From the NCBI GenBank assembly GCA_018053995.1, contig JAGPKJ010000013.1, forward strand, positions 1-35,302: a stretch of 35,302 nucleotides of DNA, given 5' to 3'. Positions 26,425 through 35,302 of this stretch are shown piece after piece. The notes under the pieces were generated by a model. It was given only the letters and a program-made list of their open reading frames with translations, searched no databases and was not told the origin of the DNA. Numbering within the stretch: position 1 is the stretch's first letter; every line of letters starts with the position of its first letter. The DNA is from Lachnospiraceae bacterium. Its GTDB lineage: Bacteria > Bacillota > Clostridia > Lachnospirales > Lachnospiraceae. The position numbers and the translations under genes were made by a program.

Positions 26425-26587
26425 AATTCCGCCTCCCATGTTGACACCGATATCATTTTGATTTTATCACTTTCAGATATCATCTACAAGGAATAAAGCA
26501 CATTCTTGAAACGATCATGGTCGTATGTTATCATTAACATGCTGCAGTGCAGAATACATATACACACAGCACTGAAACGGAGATATT

Positions 26588-28018
26588 ATGGTATTCAGTT
26601 CTATGATCTTCATGTGGATATTTCTCCCGGTCGTCTTCTTATTGGGAAGACTCATTAAGGCACCCAGATATCAGAACATCCTGCTCCTTATAGCAAGTCT
26701 CTTTTTTTATGCCTGGGGAGAGCCTGCATATTTTCTACTGTTGCTGATCTCGATAGCCATGAACTATTTTATCGGTCTTGCTATCGGAACCCGCCCTGAA
26801 ATATCAGATCCCGGCACACGCAGAAAACTCATGCTGATCATTGGCATAGCTGCCAATCTTGGAATACTTGGATATTACAAATACAGCAATTTCTTCCTCA
26901 ACACTCTTGACCATATGATTCCCGGCACCTCTCTGCCCAGAACATCAATAGCGCTTCCTCTTGGGATATCTTTCTTTACATTTCAGGAACTCTCATATCT
27001 CATTGACCTCTATCGTGGAAAATTTCCCGTTCAAAAGAATCCTCTTGATCTTGGGCTATATGTATCTTTCTTCCCCAAGCTTATTCAGGGACCGATCGTC
27101 TTATATCGTGACTTCGAAAAAGAGCTGTACGAGCGCACACAGAGTTCAGAAAAAACAGCTGAGGGCATACGTCGTTTCATATACGGACTTGGAAAAAAAG
27201 TTCTAATTGCTGATGTACTTGGAATCGCTGCGGACAAGATGTTCGCTCTCGATCCTTCCGCCATGACCCCTATTGTCGCATGGTGTGCCGCATTTTTCTA
27301 TACAATGCAGATCTATTATGATTTCTCCGGATATTCCGATATGGCAGTCGGCATTGGTAAGATGTTCGGCTTCACGATAACTGAAAACTTTGATTATCCA
27401 TATCTTTCATCTTCTATTCGCGAATTCTGGCGCAGATGGCATATAACGCTCGGCACATGGTTTCGTGAGTACCTGTATATTCCTCTCGGCGGAAATCGTA
27501 AAGGGAAATTCAGGACATACCTTAACCTTATAATCGTATTTGCCGCAACAGGTCTGTGGCATGGTGCAAGCTGGAACTTCATAGGCTGGGGTCTTTATCA
27601 CGGCTTCTTCATAGTTATAGAACGCATGGGGCTTGACAAGTTCCTTAAAAAACATAAACTGTTCAGCCATATATATGCATTCTTCATCGTCATGATCGGC
27701 TGGGTATTCTTCCGTGCCGGAAGCTTTCCCTACGCTGTCGGTGTCTTAAAGCGTATGTTTGGTATAGGTCCTGCCGCCGCGATCTCATCGATCGCAATGG
27801 GTGAGATGATAAATGCCCGCACGATCGTAGCTGTTATAGCTGCCATATTTGGATGCGGAATACTTCAGTCTGTATGCACAAAAACAAAACTTGCAGATAA
27901 ATGTACAAAGTTCCGTATGAGCATTCCGGAAGCCATACTTTGCTGCTGCATCCTGATCCTTTCAATCGCAGCACTGGCAGGAAGTACCTCGAACTCTTTC
28001 ATTTACTTCAAGTTCTGA
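26588..28018 (+). CDS. MBOAT family membrane O-acyltransferase (AlgI/DltB-like)
   Basis: Multi-TM protein with the conserved MBOAT motif FWRRWHITLGTWFREYLYIPLGG. Confidence 0.85.
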   Translation: MVFSSMIFMWIFLPVVFLLGRLIKAPRYQNILLLIASLFFYAWGEPAYFLLLLISIAMNYFIGLAIGTRPEISDPGTRRKLMLIIGIAANLGILGYYKYSNFFLNTLDHMIPGTSLPRTSIALPLGISFFTFQELSYLIDLYRGKFPVQKNPLDLGLYVSFFPKLIQGPIVLYRDFEKELYERTQSSEKTAEGIRRFIYGLGKKVLIADVLGIAADKMFALDPSAMTPIVAWCAAFFYTMQIYYDFSGYSDMAVGIGKMFGFTITENFDYPYLSSSIREFWRRWHITLGTWFREYLYIPLGGNRKGKFRTYLNLIIVFAATGLWHGASWNFIGWGLYHGFFIVIERMGLDKFLKKHKLFSHIYAFFIVMIGWVFFRAGSFPYAVGVLKRMFGIGPAAAISSIAMGEMINARTIVAVIAAIFGCGILQSVCTKTKLADKCTKFRMSIPEAILCCCILILSIAALAGSTSNSFIYFKF

Positions 28019-28060
28019 CATTGACATCAAGTGATTCTGTAAAATAAAAGGAGCATTCTT

Positions 28061-29200
28061 ATGAACAAGACTGTTCAGAAAATATACATAGCTGCAATGA
28101 CAGTGTTTATGATACTTCCGATACTTTTATTTGCCATATTCGGACGTTTCACCGACACTACCAATTATGAGAACCGTACTCTGGCAGAACTGCCCACCCT
28201 GGAATCTGTAAAGATAAGTGAGCTCCATACAGGGTTTGAGACATGGTTTAGTGATCATCTTCCATTTAGAAATCAGCTCATATTCTTGAATAATCTTATC
28301 GACTATAAGGTATTTCATGTTTCAGACGCTGATTCTGTCATAATCGGCAGAAACGACTGGCTCTACTATAACGGACGGCAATTCAATGTAGAAGATCCCG
28401 AACAGGATTGGAACGGTTCTAATGTATATTCAGACGCAGATCTTAAAGCTCTTGCAGACAACATGATCTCCATGCGCGATAAGCTCAAAGCAAAGGGCTG
28501 TGACTTTGTCATCTTCATCGCAGCTAACAAAGAGCATGTCTACCCGGAAAATATGCCTGTATCATATGGCAGTCCCGCACAGAACCGCCGTATGGAGCAG
28601 GTTGTATCATACCTTCAGAACAACACTGACCTGACTGTAATATGTCCTTATGATAAACTGCTGGAAACACGCAAGAGCGATCCTGATCTGCAGCTCTACT
28701 ACAAATATGACAGCCACTGGAATAATGTCGGCTCATATATAGGTTCATCTATGCTCGACGAAGCTCTTGGACATCCGATGCCTGATATAAGCATGTTAAA
28801 GATTACTACTGCAAAGTCTCCACGCTATGACCTTGCTACTATGCTTCATCTTGGCAATTTTCTTACGGACGATCCCAACTACGTCGTAAATGATTTTACG
28901 GCAAATAAGATCAAGACAGAATACAACGATGAACGTACCGAATTCCGTTCAACCAACGAAAGCGGCAACGCCGACCCACGCAAAGTCTTCATTATCGGTG
29001 ACTCATATTCTACGATGATGGAACAGTATATCGCATGTAATTTTAATGAGACATATCTTAATTTCTACTACAACTACACTCCTGAGATGCTTGATAAGGA
29101 AAAACCTGACGTTGTCATATATGAGACTGTCGAACGTTATATCGGCAACATGATGACGTTCACTCCTGATGAGAAATTCGTACGCACGAGTCAGAAGTAG
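28061..29200 (+). CDS. DHHW / AlgJ-AlgX-like SGNH-fold acyltransferase partner protein (DltD analogue)
   Basis: N-terminal signal anchor, then the motif YYKYDSHWNNVGSY (a DHHW-like D-S-H-W). It follows the MBOAT gene by 42 nt. RBS AAGGAG. Confidence 0.7.
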   Translation: MNKTVQKIYIAAMTVFMILPILLFAIFGRFTDTTNYENRTLAELPTLESVKISELHTGFETWFSDHLPFRNQLIFLNNLIDYKVFHVSDADSVIIGRNDWLYYNGRQFNVEDPEQDWNGSNVYSDADLKALADNMISMRDKLKAKGCDFVIFIAANKEHVYPENMPVSYGSPAQNRRMEQVVSYLQNNTDLTVICPYDKLLETRKSDPDLQLYYKYDSHWNNVGSYIGSSMLDEALGHPMPDISMLKITTAKSPRYDLATMLHLGNFLTDDPNYVVNDFTANKIKTEYNDERTEFRSTNESGNADPRKVFIIGDSYSTMMEQYIACNFNETYLNFYYNYTPEMLDKEKPDVVIYETVERYIGNMMTFTPDEKFVRTSQK

Positions 29201-29211
29201 ATTTAGGTGTG

Positions 29212-32200
29212 CTACCGCATTTTCTTTATAACAGTATCGTTATCAAGCTTCCCGGCTATTCGTTTGGAATATCCCGGCAGTCTCGTATCTATCATGCACA
29301 CCGTCTTGTAATCACAGAAATCACACATACATTTTTTATTTGTCTCAAGAGGTGAAACGCTTATATCACCAGATCCAATGCCGCATCCAAGTTCGCCGGT
29401 CTTTCTTTTTGCATACGAAACAATGGTCTGAAAATCCTCATTTGAATATGTCTGTGAACTAGTCGCAGGCTCACCGCTTACTTTGTAAGCTGCCGGAATG
29501 ACAAGTGATGATGCTCCTGTTTCAAGTGCAGAATCCATCTTTGATGCCGTGTCCCTGCCTCCGCACAGTATTCCTGACATCTTCTGCTGCTTCATTTTCG
29601 CGTCCCGCTCTGCTTCTTCCGTCATTTCACCGTCTGCATCAATTATCGGATCCGCGATATGATAATAGAACATGCCTGCCGGAACTATCTCTTTTCCGCT
29701 GTGAAGCTGTCTTTCACAGTTTACAGCTTCATCAATGTATACCGGCAGCTGAAGTTCCGTTCCATAATACACGTCCAATAGTGAGAGTTTCTTTATTCCT
29801 GATTTATAATCTATGATCCTGAAAAGAAGTTTATCATTTTCACTCTGGCACGTATCTATCCTGTCTATCTTGCCTGTCATCGATATCTTGCGTCCATCTC
29901 CATCAGCAAGGATTATATCCTGCATATGTGCAAATCTCATTTCGAACGATTCCGGCACAAACAGACCGCATGCCGTCTGTGACCTTACCATGCGTGCCGT
30001 GCTTCTGAGCATCCTCTTAAGACGATATATTATCCCGCTGTTCCTTGCGCTGCTCACAAGTATATTTGAGCCATATTCAGACGCTTTCTTGTCGGTGATT
30101 GCATTGATAAGTGTGTCAATGTGTTCGTCCGGAACATCATTCCATCTGATATTTTCCGAAATAAGTCTATTTCCAAATTCCTCCAGAACCGAGTGAAATA
30201 CTGTTCCGATATCATTCGGTCTAAACTCATACTCGATACGTTCTGAGAGTGACATACCATATCGCAGAAAATGTGCGTATGGACACGAAGCAAAAAGTTC
30301 GAATCTGCTGACTGATCCCCTCATCTCCTGTCCATACAGGCTCCTCGCCGTTCTGACTCCCAATGGTGATGCACTGTATTCATAAAATGCCGCATTCAGC
30401 AGCTCATCTGCGATCTCACTGCATCCTCTGCGTTCTTTCATTTCTCTATAGATAAGTGCTGCATTATCTGCTGTCTCTTTATCATCTCCTGCGGCGGTCT
30501 CGCGCAGACTCTGTGCAAATATCTGGCTGATATCTACACGGCTTTCAAGTGATTCCACCACATCACCCTTTTCAGGGCATCCTATGGCTATCTCCGGAAA
30601 CAGTTCTTTCATTATTCCGATAAGATAAGATGGGCGCAGCGATCTCCCACTGCTATCCATAAGCGCATATGATATAAAAAGCTTCTCTGACGGCTTGGTC
30701 ATATTCATATACAGATAAAGTCTCTGCATGAACATCTGCTCACGCGGTGTAGGTGCAAGTTCCACTCCGATACTTGCCAGCTTCTCTCTGTCGATATCTG
30801 ACAGTATCCCGCCTTTTGATGTATCCGCCGGTATATTTCCGTCATTTACCCCTATAAAGAAAAGCACTTTGACACCCGAAAGCCTTGTACGCTCCATATC
30901 TCCGACCATGATCCTGTCAACATCCTGAGGTATCGTACCGGCTCTTATCTCGGCGAATCCGGCTTCAAGTATCTGCGTATATTCCTCTATATCCATCTTT
31001 TCGCTGCCAAGAAGTGTTACGATCTGATCAAGTAGATCCATCGTAAGTCTATATATTCCACTATATTCTTTTGCCTTGGCGGCATCTCCATCCGCAGCTG
31101 CGCTCTCTTCCATCGCCGCTGCTTTTGTCTGTGCATCATTCTTGTCCAGAAATGAATAAAGGCTTCTTGTAAAATCTTCCGCAGTCTCATTCTTTCCGTA
31201 AATAAGAGGTGCCAGCTCATCAAGCAGCGTCTCCCGCACGATATTGATACGTTCCATATCCCTTGAAGATGGCGCATCTATGCTTGTTCCTATTGTGAAA
31301 GCCTCTTCATATCTTCTTCTTCCCCGTATGCCATATTGTCTTATAAAGTTCTCAAATACATCTGCATCTTCCATAAGGACGCCGCTCATACCGCATCGCA
31401 GATAATGCATCACCGACTCCTGTGAAAAATCATCTGCTTTTATGCGAAGCGAACTTCTTATCATTTCAATAAACGGATTAAGCAGTATTGCCCTTGCCTG
31501 ATCCATATACACCGGAAGACCAAATGCCGCAAATTCATTTTCCAGTTCATTCGCGTATCCTGACAGATTGCCGCTGACAACCGCAAAGTCCCTGTAGCAC
31601 AGATCGGAAGTCCTTATCATGCGGCGTATCATCTCGCACGTCTGTCTTATCTCTTCATGCACGGAAGATGATTCGTTTATGAAGATATTCTCCGGCTTCT
31701 TTTCATAGACCTGATGCGGATACCTGAAAAGGTTTCTCTCAAGGTGTGCAAGTTCCGGATTGCCTGCAAATCTCCCGGATGTAATGTATTTCGCTACGTT
31801 ATGTGCTGTATCCGATGCTGTGCTTTCTACCGCGTTGTGTGCTGTATCCTGTGGCTTACTTTCTGTCATACCGGCAGTATCACATTCTGCCGATATTATG
31901 ATATTCGGCAGTACCGCCGTATCTGCTTCCCCTGCAGTCTGTCTGAGTCTTCTCATCGTATCTGTGCTCATGTGAAACAGACTCTGTTCCGCGTCAGCAT
32001 CTTTAAGATCTTCTCTTGTGTCAAATAAGAGCGACACTTTCACTTCGTCAGCACGTTTTAAAAGTTCACGTATCACGTTATACTGTAGCGGTGTAAAACC
32101 TGTGAATCCGTCAAACGCAATAACGCTGCCGCGGACAATATCAGATCTTCCGATATTATCTGCGAGCAGCGTAATCTTTTCTTCTTTAGTGATATAATCC

Positions 32201-32715
32201 GACCCTAGTTTTTCTTTGAATGCATCATACAGAACTGACAGCTCTCCAAGTTTTTCTGAAAGAGCAGAGCTCATCCCTTTGATGTCTCTTATTTTCCCAA
32301 TATCCTCTGAGCTTATCCCGTAGAGCATAAACTCCGAGATCATGCTCTTTATCTCATGAACATACCCTATCTTTGAGATATTTCGTCCTAGTATCGGCAG
32401 TTTTTCCGCGATATTGCCTGCGATATTGCGTAGCACAAGACTTTTCCCGGTATCGTCCATCACCGGAATGTTTTCTGCGCCCGCCTCTTCGAGTATCCTG
32501 TGTGTCAGTCTTCCAAAACTGAGCGCATCTATGTTCATGATCGCATGATCCGGATGCTCACGCACAAGTTCCATCTGAGTCTGCATAGTGAACTGATCAG
32601 GAACTATGAACAGAAAATTCCTGTCCGGTTCCTTTATCGACCTGTCTATCATTTCCTTATGCAGCAAACTGCTCTTACCGGATCCCGCGGCTCCGAGAAT
32701 AAACTGAAGGCTCAA
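29212..32715 (-). CDS. addB: ATP-dependent helicase/deoxyribonuclease subunit B (AddB/RexB)
   Basis: N-terminal Walker A motif ILGAAGSGKSS. Nuclease motif VSRFELFASCPYAHFLRYG. C-terminal Fe-S cysteines CMCDFCDYKTVCM. 1167 aa. TTG start with GGGGGAG upstream. Confidence 0.85.
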   Translation of the reverse strand: MSLQFILGAAGSGKSSLLHKEMIDRSIKEPDRNFLFIVPDQFTMQTQMELVREHPDHAIMNIDALSFGRLTHRILEEAGAENIPVMDDTGKSLVLRNIAGNIAEKLPILGRNISKIGYVHEIKSMISEFMLYGISSEDIGKIRDIKGMSSALSEKLGELSVLYDAFKEKLGSDYITKEEKITLLADNIGRSDIVRGSVIAFDGFTGFTPLQYNVIRELLKRADEVKVSLLFDTREDLKDADAEQSLFHMSTDTMRRLRQTAGEADTAVLPNIIISAECDTAGMTESKPQDTAHNAVESTASDTAHNVAKYITSGRFAGNPELAHLERNLFRYPHQVYEKKPENIFINESSSVHEEIRQTCEMIRRMIRTSDLCYRDFAVVSGNLSGYANELENEFAAFGLPVYMDQARAILLNPFIEMIRSSLRIKADDFSQESVMHYLRCGMSGVLMEDADVFENFIRQYGIRGRRRYEEAFTIGTSIDAPSSRDMERINIVRETLLDELAPLIYGKNETAEDFTRSLYSFLDKNDAQTKAAAMEESAAADGDAAKAKEYSGIYRLTMDLLDQIVTLLGSEKMDIEEYTQILEAGFAEIRAGTIPQDVDRIMVGDMERTRLSGVKVLFFIGVNDGNIPADTSKGGILSDIDREKLASIGVELAPTPREQMFMQRLYLYMNMTKPSEKLFISYALMDSSGRSLRPSYLIGIMKELFPEIAIGCPEKGDVVESLESRVDISQIFAQSLRETAAGDDKETADNAALIYREMKERRGCSEIADELLNAAFYEYSASPLGVRTARSLYGQEMRGSVSRFELFASCPYAHFLRYGMSLSERIEYEFRPNDIGTVFHSVLEEFGNRLISENIRWNDVPDEHIDTLINAITDKKASEYGSNILVSSARNSGIIYRLKRMLRSTARMVRSQTACGLFVPESFEMRFAHMQDIILADGDGRKISMTGKIDRIDTCQSENDKLLFRIIDYKSGIKKLSLLDVYYGTELQLPVYIDEAVNCERQLHSGKEIVPAGMFYYHIADPIIDADGEMTEEAERDAKMKQQKMSGILCGGRDTASKMDSALETGASSLVIPAAYKVSGEPATSSQTYSNEDFQTIVSYAKRKTGELGCGIGSGDISVSPLETNKKCMCDFCDYKTVCMIDTRLPGYSKRIAGKLDNDTVIKKMR

Positions 32716-32767
32716 ATTCTTACTCCCCCGAAAGCCGCGCAGATCATTTTAAAATGCAGCTCCCAAA

Positions 32768-35083
32768 TCAATATTTCTCAAGTTTCCAGATATCCCTATT
32801 ATACTCCTTGATGGTCCTGTCTGACGAGAAGAATCCTGCCTTCGCTATATTCACGAGCATCATCCTCTTCCACTTCTCACGATTCTCGTAATCCGTGATC
32901 ATCTTATCCTTTTCCTCAATATATTCCTCGAGATCGATAAGCGTCATGAACCAGTCCTTATTCAAAAGTTCATTATAAAGTCTTGTAAGATTCTCTTTAT
33001 GACCGGCTGCCATTGCCTGCTTTCCGATTATGAAATCTACTGCTTCCTTGATCACAGGACTCTTGTCATAATAATCCTTTGAAACATAATCAGCTTTATC
33101 ATAATGATTTATTACAGTCTGAGCATCAACACCGAACGTATAGATATTGTCATCTCCAACAAGATCATGTATCTCAACGTTTGCTCCATCAGCTGTTCCG
33201 AGTGTGACTGCACCGTTTAACATGAACTTCATGTTACTTGTGCCTGACGCTTCTTTAGAAGCAAGCGAGATCTGCTCCGAGATATCGCATGCCGGTATCA
33301 TCTTCTCAGCATATGATACGTTGTAATTTGTTACCATGAGGACAGTCATATACTTATTCACTTCCGGATCATTATTCACTATATCCTGAAGCACGAGCAA
33401 GAGATGGATTATATCCTGTGCGATGACATAAGCCGGTGCCGCTTTTGCTCCAAACATGAATGTTATAGGGCGCTGAGGCTTCTTTCCTGACTTTATCTCC
33501 AGATATTTATGTATTATATAAAGTGCATTCATCTGCTGACGCTTATACTCATGCAGACGTTTTGACTGAATATCAAATATCGAATCGGGATTGAGCTTGA
33601 CACCTTCCATTTTCTGAACATAATCCGCAAGCTCTACTTTGCAGTCATGTTTGATCTCTTCAAGACGGTTCAGTACCTCCTCATCGTCCTTATATTTCAG
33701 CAGCTTCTCCAGGTTTGTCGCATCGACCTTATAGCTGTCTCCTATTTTCTGGGAAATAAAAGACGTAAGCTCCCTGTTGCATGATAGCAGCCATCTGCGG
33801 AACGTGATTCCGTTTGTCTTATTTGAAAACTTCTCAGGATAGATCCTGTAGAACTGGTTCAGCTCCTTATCCTCGAGGATCTGCGTATGTATCGCAGCAA
33901 CACCATTTACTGAAAATCCATAATGTATATCGATATATGCCATATGAACGCGGCCATCAGCATCGATGATCTGAACATTAGGATCCTTGTATTTCTCCTT
34001 GATACGCTTATCCATCTCGATTATGTATGGAACAAGCTGAGGAACAACCTTCTTGAGGTATGCGAGCGGCCATGTCTCAAGCGCTTCTGCAAGGATCGTG
34101 TGGTTCGTATATGCACATGTCTTGCTTACTTCATCAAGCGCTTCATCTATCGTAAACGCTTTTTCTTCTACAAGTATCCTGACAAGTTCTGGAATTACCA
34201 TTGTCGGATGAGTATCATTGATCTGAATAACAGCATGCTCATGCATCTTGCGCAGATCGACCTTCTTATCCTTGAGCTCACGAAGTATAAGCTGTGCCGA
34301 ATTGCTTACCATGAAATATTCCTGATAGATACGCAGGAGATTTCCAGCCTCATCGGAATCATCCGGATACAGGAAAAGTGTAAGATTATGGTCAATATCA
34401 GTCTTGTCGAAGTTGATGCCGTCCTTTATTATGCTGTCGTCAACTGACTCTGCATCGAACAGACGAAGCTTGTTAACGCCGCCGTTATACCCGATCACAT
34501 CGATATCGTACATGATTGACTTGATCGTCTTTGTTCCGAACTTTATGTCAAATGAGATATCTGTCTTATTCAGCCATGAATGAGGTTCTATCCAATCATT
34601 AGGCTCTTCTGTCTGGAGCTTATCTTTAAATACCTGTTTGAAAAGACCGTCATGATAGCATAGTCCGAGTCCTTCACCCGCATATCCAAGAGTCGCGATT
34701 GAATCAAGGAAGCATGCCGCAAGTCGTCCAAGTCCGCCATTTCCAAGTGATGGTTCCGGTTCGACATCCTCGATCGTATTCAGATTGTGACCATACTTCT
34801 TGAGTATCCCATCAAGTTTGTCGTATATTCCCAGATTGATAAGGTTGTTTGACAGAAGCTTGCCTATAAGGAATTCCGCAGAGATATAGTAAATCTTTTT
34901 CTCTGACTCGATCGGATTTGTCACCGCTTCAAGTTCCTTTGTCATCTCAAGGATGCCAATATAGAGCTCGCTATCTGTGCAATCCTCTATCCCTTTGTTG
35001 AAGATTTCCTTTACATTGTCCTTAAGTGCCTGTTCCATGTTCATGACAAGTATGTCACGCTGCATGTTGCTGTCGTTTTCCAT
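32768..35083 (-). CDS. glgP: Glycogen/maltodextrin phosphorylase
   Basis: PLP-site motif [15 protein letters not shown] and GT35 phosphorylase architecture. RBS AAGGAGG. Confidence 0.9.
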   Translation of the reverse strand: MENDSNMQRDILVMNMEQALKDNVKEIFNKGIEDCTDSELYIGILEMTKELEAVTNPIESEKKIYYISAEFLIGKLLSNNLINLGIYDKLDGILKKYGHNLNTIEDVEPEPSLGNGGLGRLAACFLDSIATLGYAGEGLGLCYHDGLFKQVFKDKLQTEEPNDWIEPHSWLNKTDISFDIKFGTKTIKSIMYDIDVIGYNGGVNKLRLFDAESVDDSIIKDGINFDKTDIDHNLTLFLYPDDSDEAGNLLRIYQEYFMVSNSAQLILRELKDKKVDLRKMHEHAVIQINDTHPTMVIPELVRILVEEKAFTIDEALDEVSKTCAYTNHTILAEALETWPLAYLKKVVPQLVPYIIEMDKRIKEKYKDPNVQIIDADGRVHMAYIDIHYGFSVNGVAAIHTQILEDKELNQFYRIYPEKFSNKTNGITFRRWLLSCNRELTSFISQKIGDSYKVDATNLEKLLKYKDDEEVLNRLEEIKHDCKVELADYVQKMEGVKLNPDSIFDIQSKRLHEYKRQQMNALYIIHKYLEIKSGKKPQRPITFMFGAKAAPAYVIAQDIIHLLLVLQDIVNNDPEVNKYMTVLMVTNYNVSYAEKMIPACDISEQISLASKEASGTSNMKFMLNGAVTLGTADGANVEIHDLVGDDNIYTFGVDAQTVINHYDKADYVSKDYYDKSPVIKEAVDFIIGKQAMAAGHKENLTRLYNELLNKDWFMTLIDLEEYIEEKDKMITDYENREKWKRMMLVNIAKAGFFSSDRTIKEYNRDIWKLEKY

Positions 35084-35094
35084 TTCTTTCCTCC

Positions 35095-35302
35095 TTAGAT
35101 TCTTACTGTCTGCTGCTCTCTTACCGTCTGCTGATCTCTTACTGTCTGCTGCTCTCTTACTGTCTGCTGATCTCTTACTGTCTGCTGATCTCTTACTGTC
35201 TGCTGATTTTTTACTTTCTGCTGCTTTCTTACTTTCTGCTTATCTTTTTCTTTCTGTTTCCATGATTCTTTTTTATTTCTCTTGTTTTCTGCTACTTTTT
35301 GT
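35095..35302 (-). CDS. Partial ORF (C-terminal end; the gene starts beyond the window) encoding a K/Q-rich tail with QQTVRD hexapeptide repeats
   Basis: Open minus-strand frame from the window end reads ...[36 protein letters not shown]...QQTVRI. Its TAA stop overlaps the glgP RBS. Low-complexity sequence, so coding status is uncertain. Confidence 0.3.
   Translation of the reverse strand, partial: QKVAENKRNKKESWKQKEKDKQKVRKQQKVKNQQTVRDQQTVRDQQTVREQQTVRDQQTVREQQTVRI
35097..35250. repeat. 18-nt tandem repeat (CTCTTACTGTCTGCTGAT, about 8 units) immediately upstream of glgP
   Basis: Directly visible periodicity. Units degenerate toward the window end. Confidence 0.85.

Overview
This window looks like a low-GC (about 40%) Firmicutes/Clostridia-type core chromosomal region with roughly 27 protein-coding genes, most of them on the minus strand. 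No mobile elements, CRISPR arrays, tRNA or rRNA genes were seen. The gene content I can support from the sequence is: (1) a threonine/aspartate-family operon on the minus strand with the order ACT-domain UPF0735 protein, hom, a phosphoglycerate-mutase-like proposed homoserine kinase, and lysC; (2) pcrA with an unusually long low-complexity S/Y/G/R linker; (3) an SPFH/YdjI-like protein with a C-terminal zinc ribbon; (4) a DUF1836 protein, a YerC/TrpR-like protein, a catalytically degenerate coiled-coil M23/LytM protein, and a cold-shock protein; (5) a lysine-riboswitch-led dapA-dapB cluster followed by class-3 FBPase and a eukaryotic-type (His6-family) hisA whose start lies 1 nt after the fbp stop; (6) a cobalamin adenosyltransferase-like gene, typA/bipA and yigZ; (7) a class A PBP with a tandem TGTCAA-N5-TGTCAA site and a palindrome in its promoter; (8) a two-domain flavoprotein - xpt - small-protein operon; (9) an MBOAT + DHHW/AlgJ-like O-acyltransferase pair; (10) addB with no adjacent addA; and (11) glgP preceded by an 18-nt x8 tandem repeat that encodes QQTVRD hexapeptides in a partial upstream ORF. 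The most unusual non-genic signal is a family of related 45-85-nt intergenic elements (core GTGTCAAAAGCAGCAATTGTGTTATAATGC, containing a GCAATTC...CAATTGC inverted repeat that shows a compensatory variant). At least five copies and several fragments occur within 35 kb, several of them placed like promoter modules. The about 780-nt non-coding stretch at the window start also carries paired hairpin repeats. ORF-track starts printed as M are sometimes GTG or TTG, so several gene starts were re-derived from ribosome-binding-site context.
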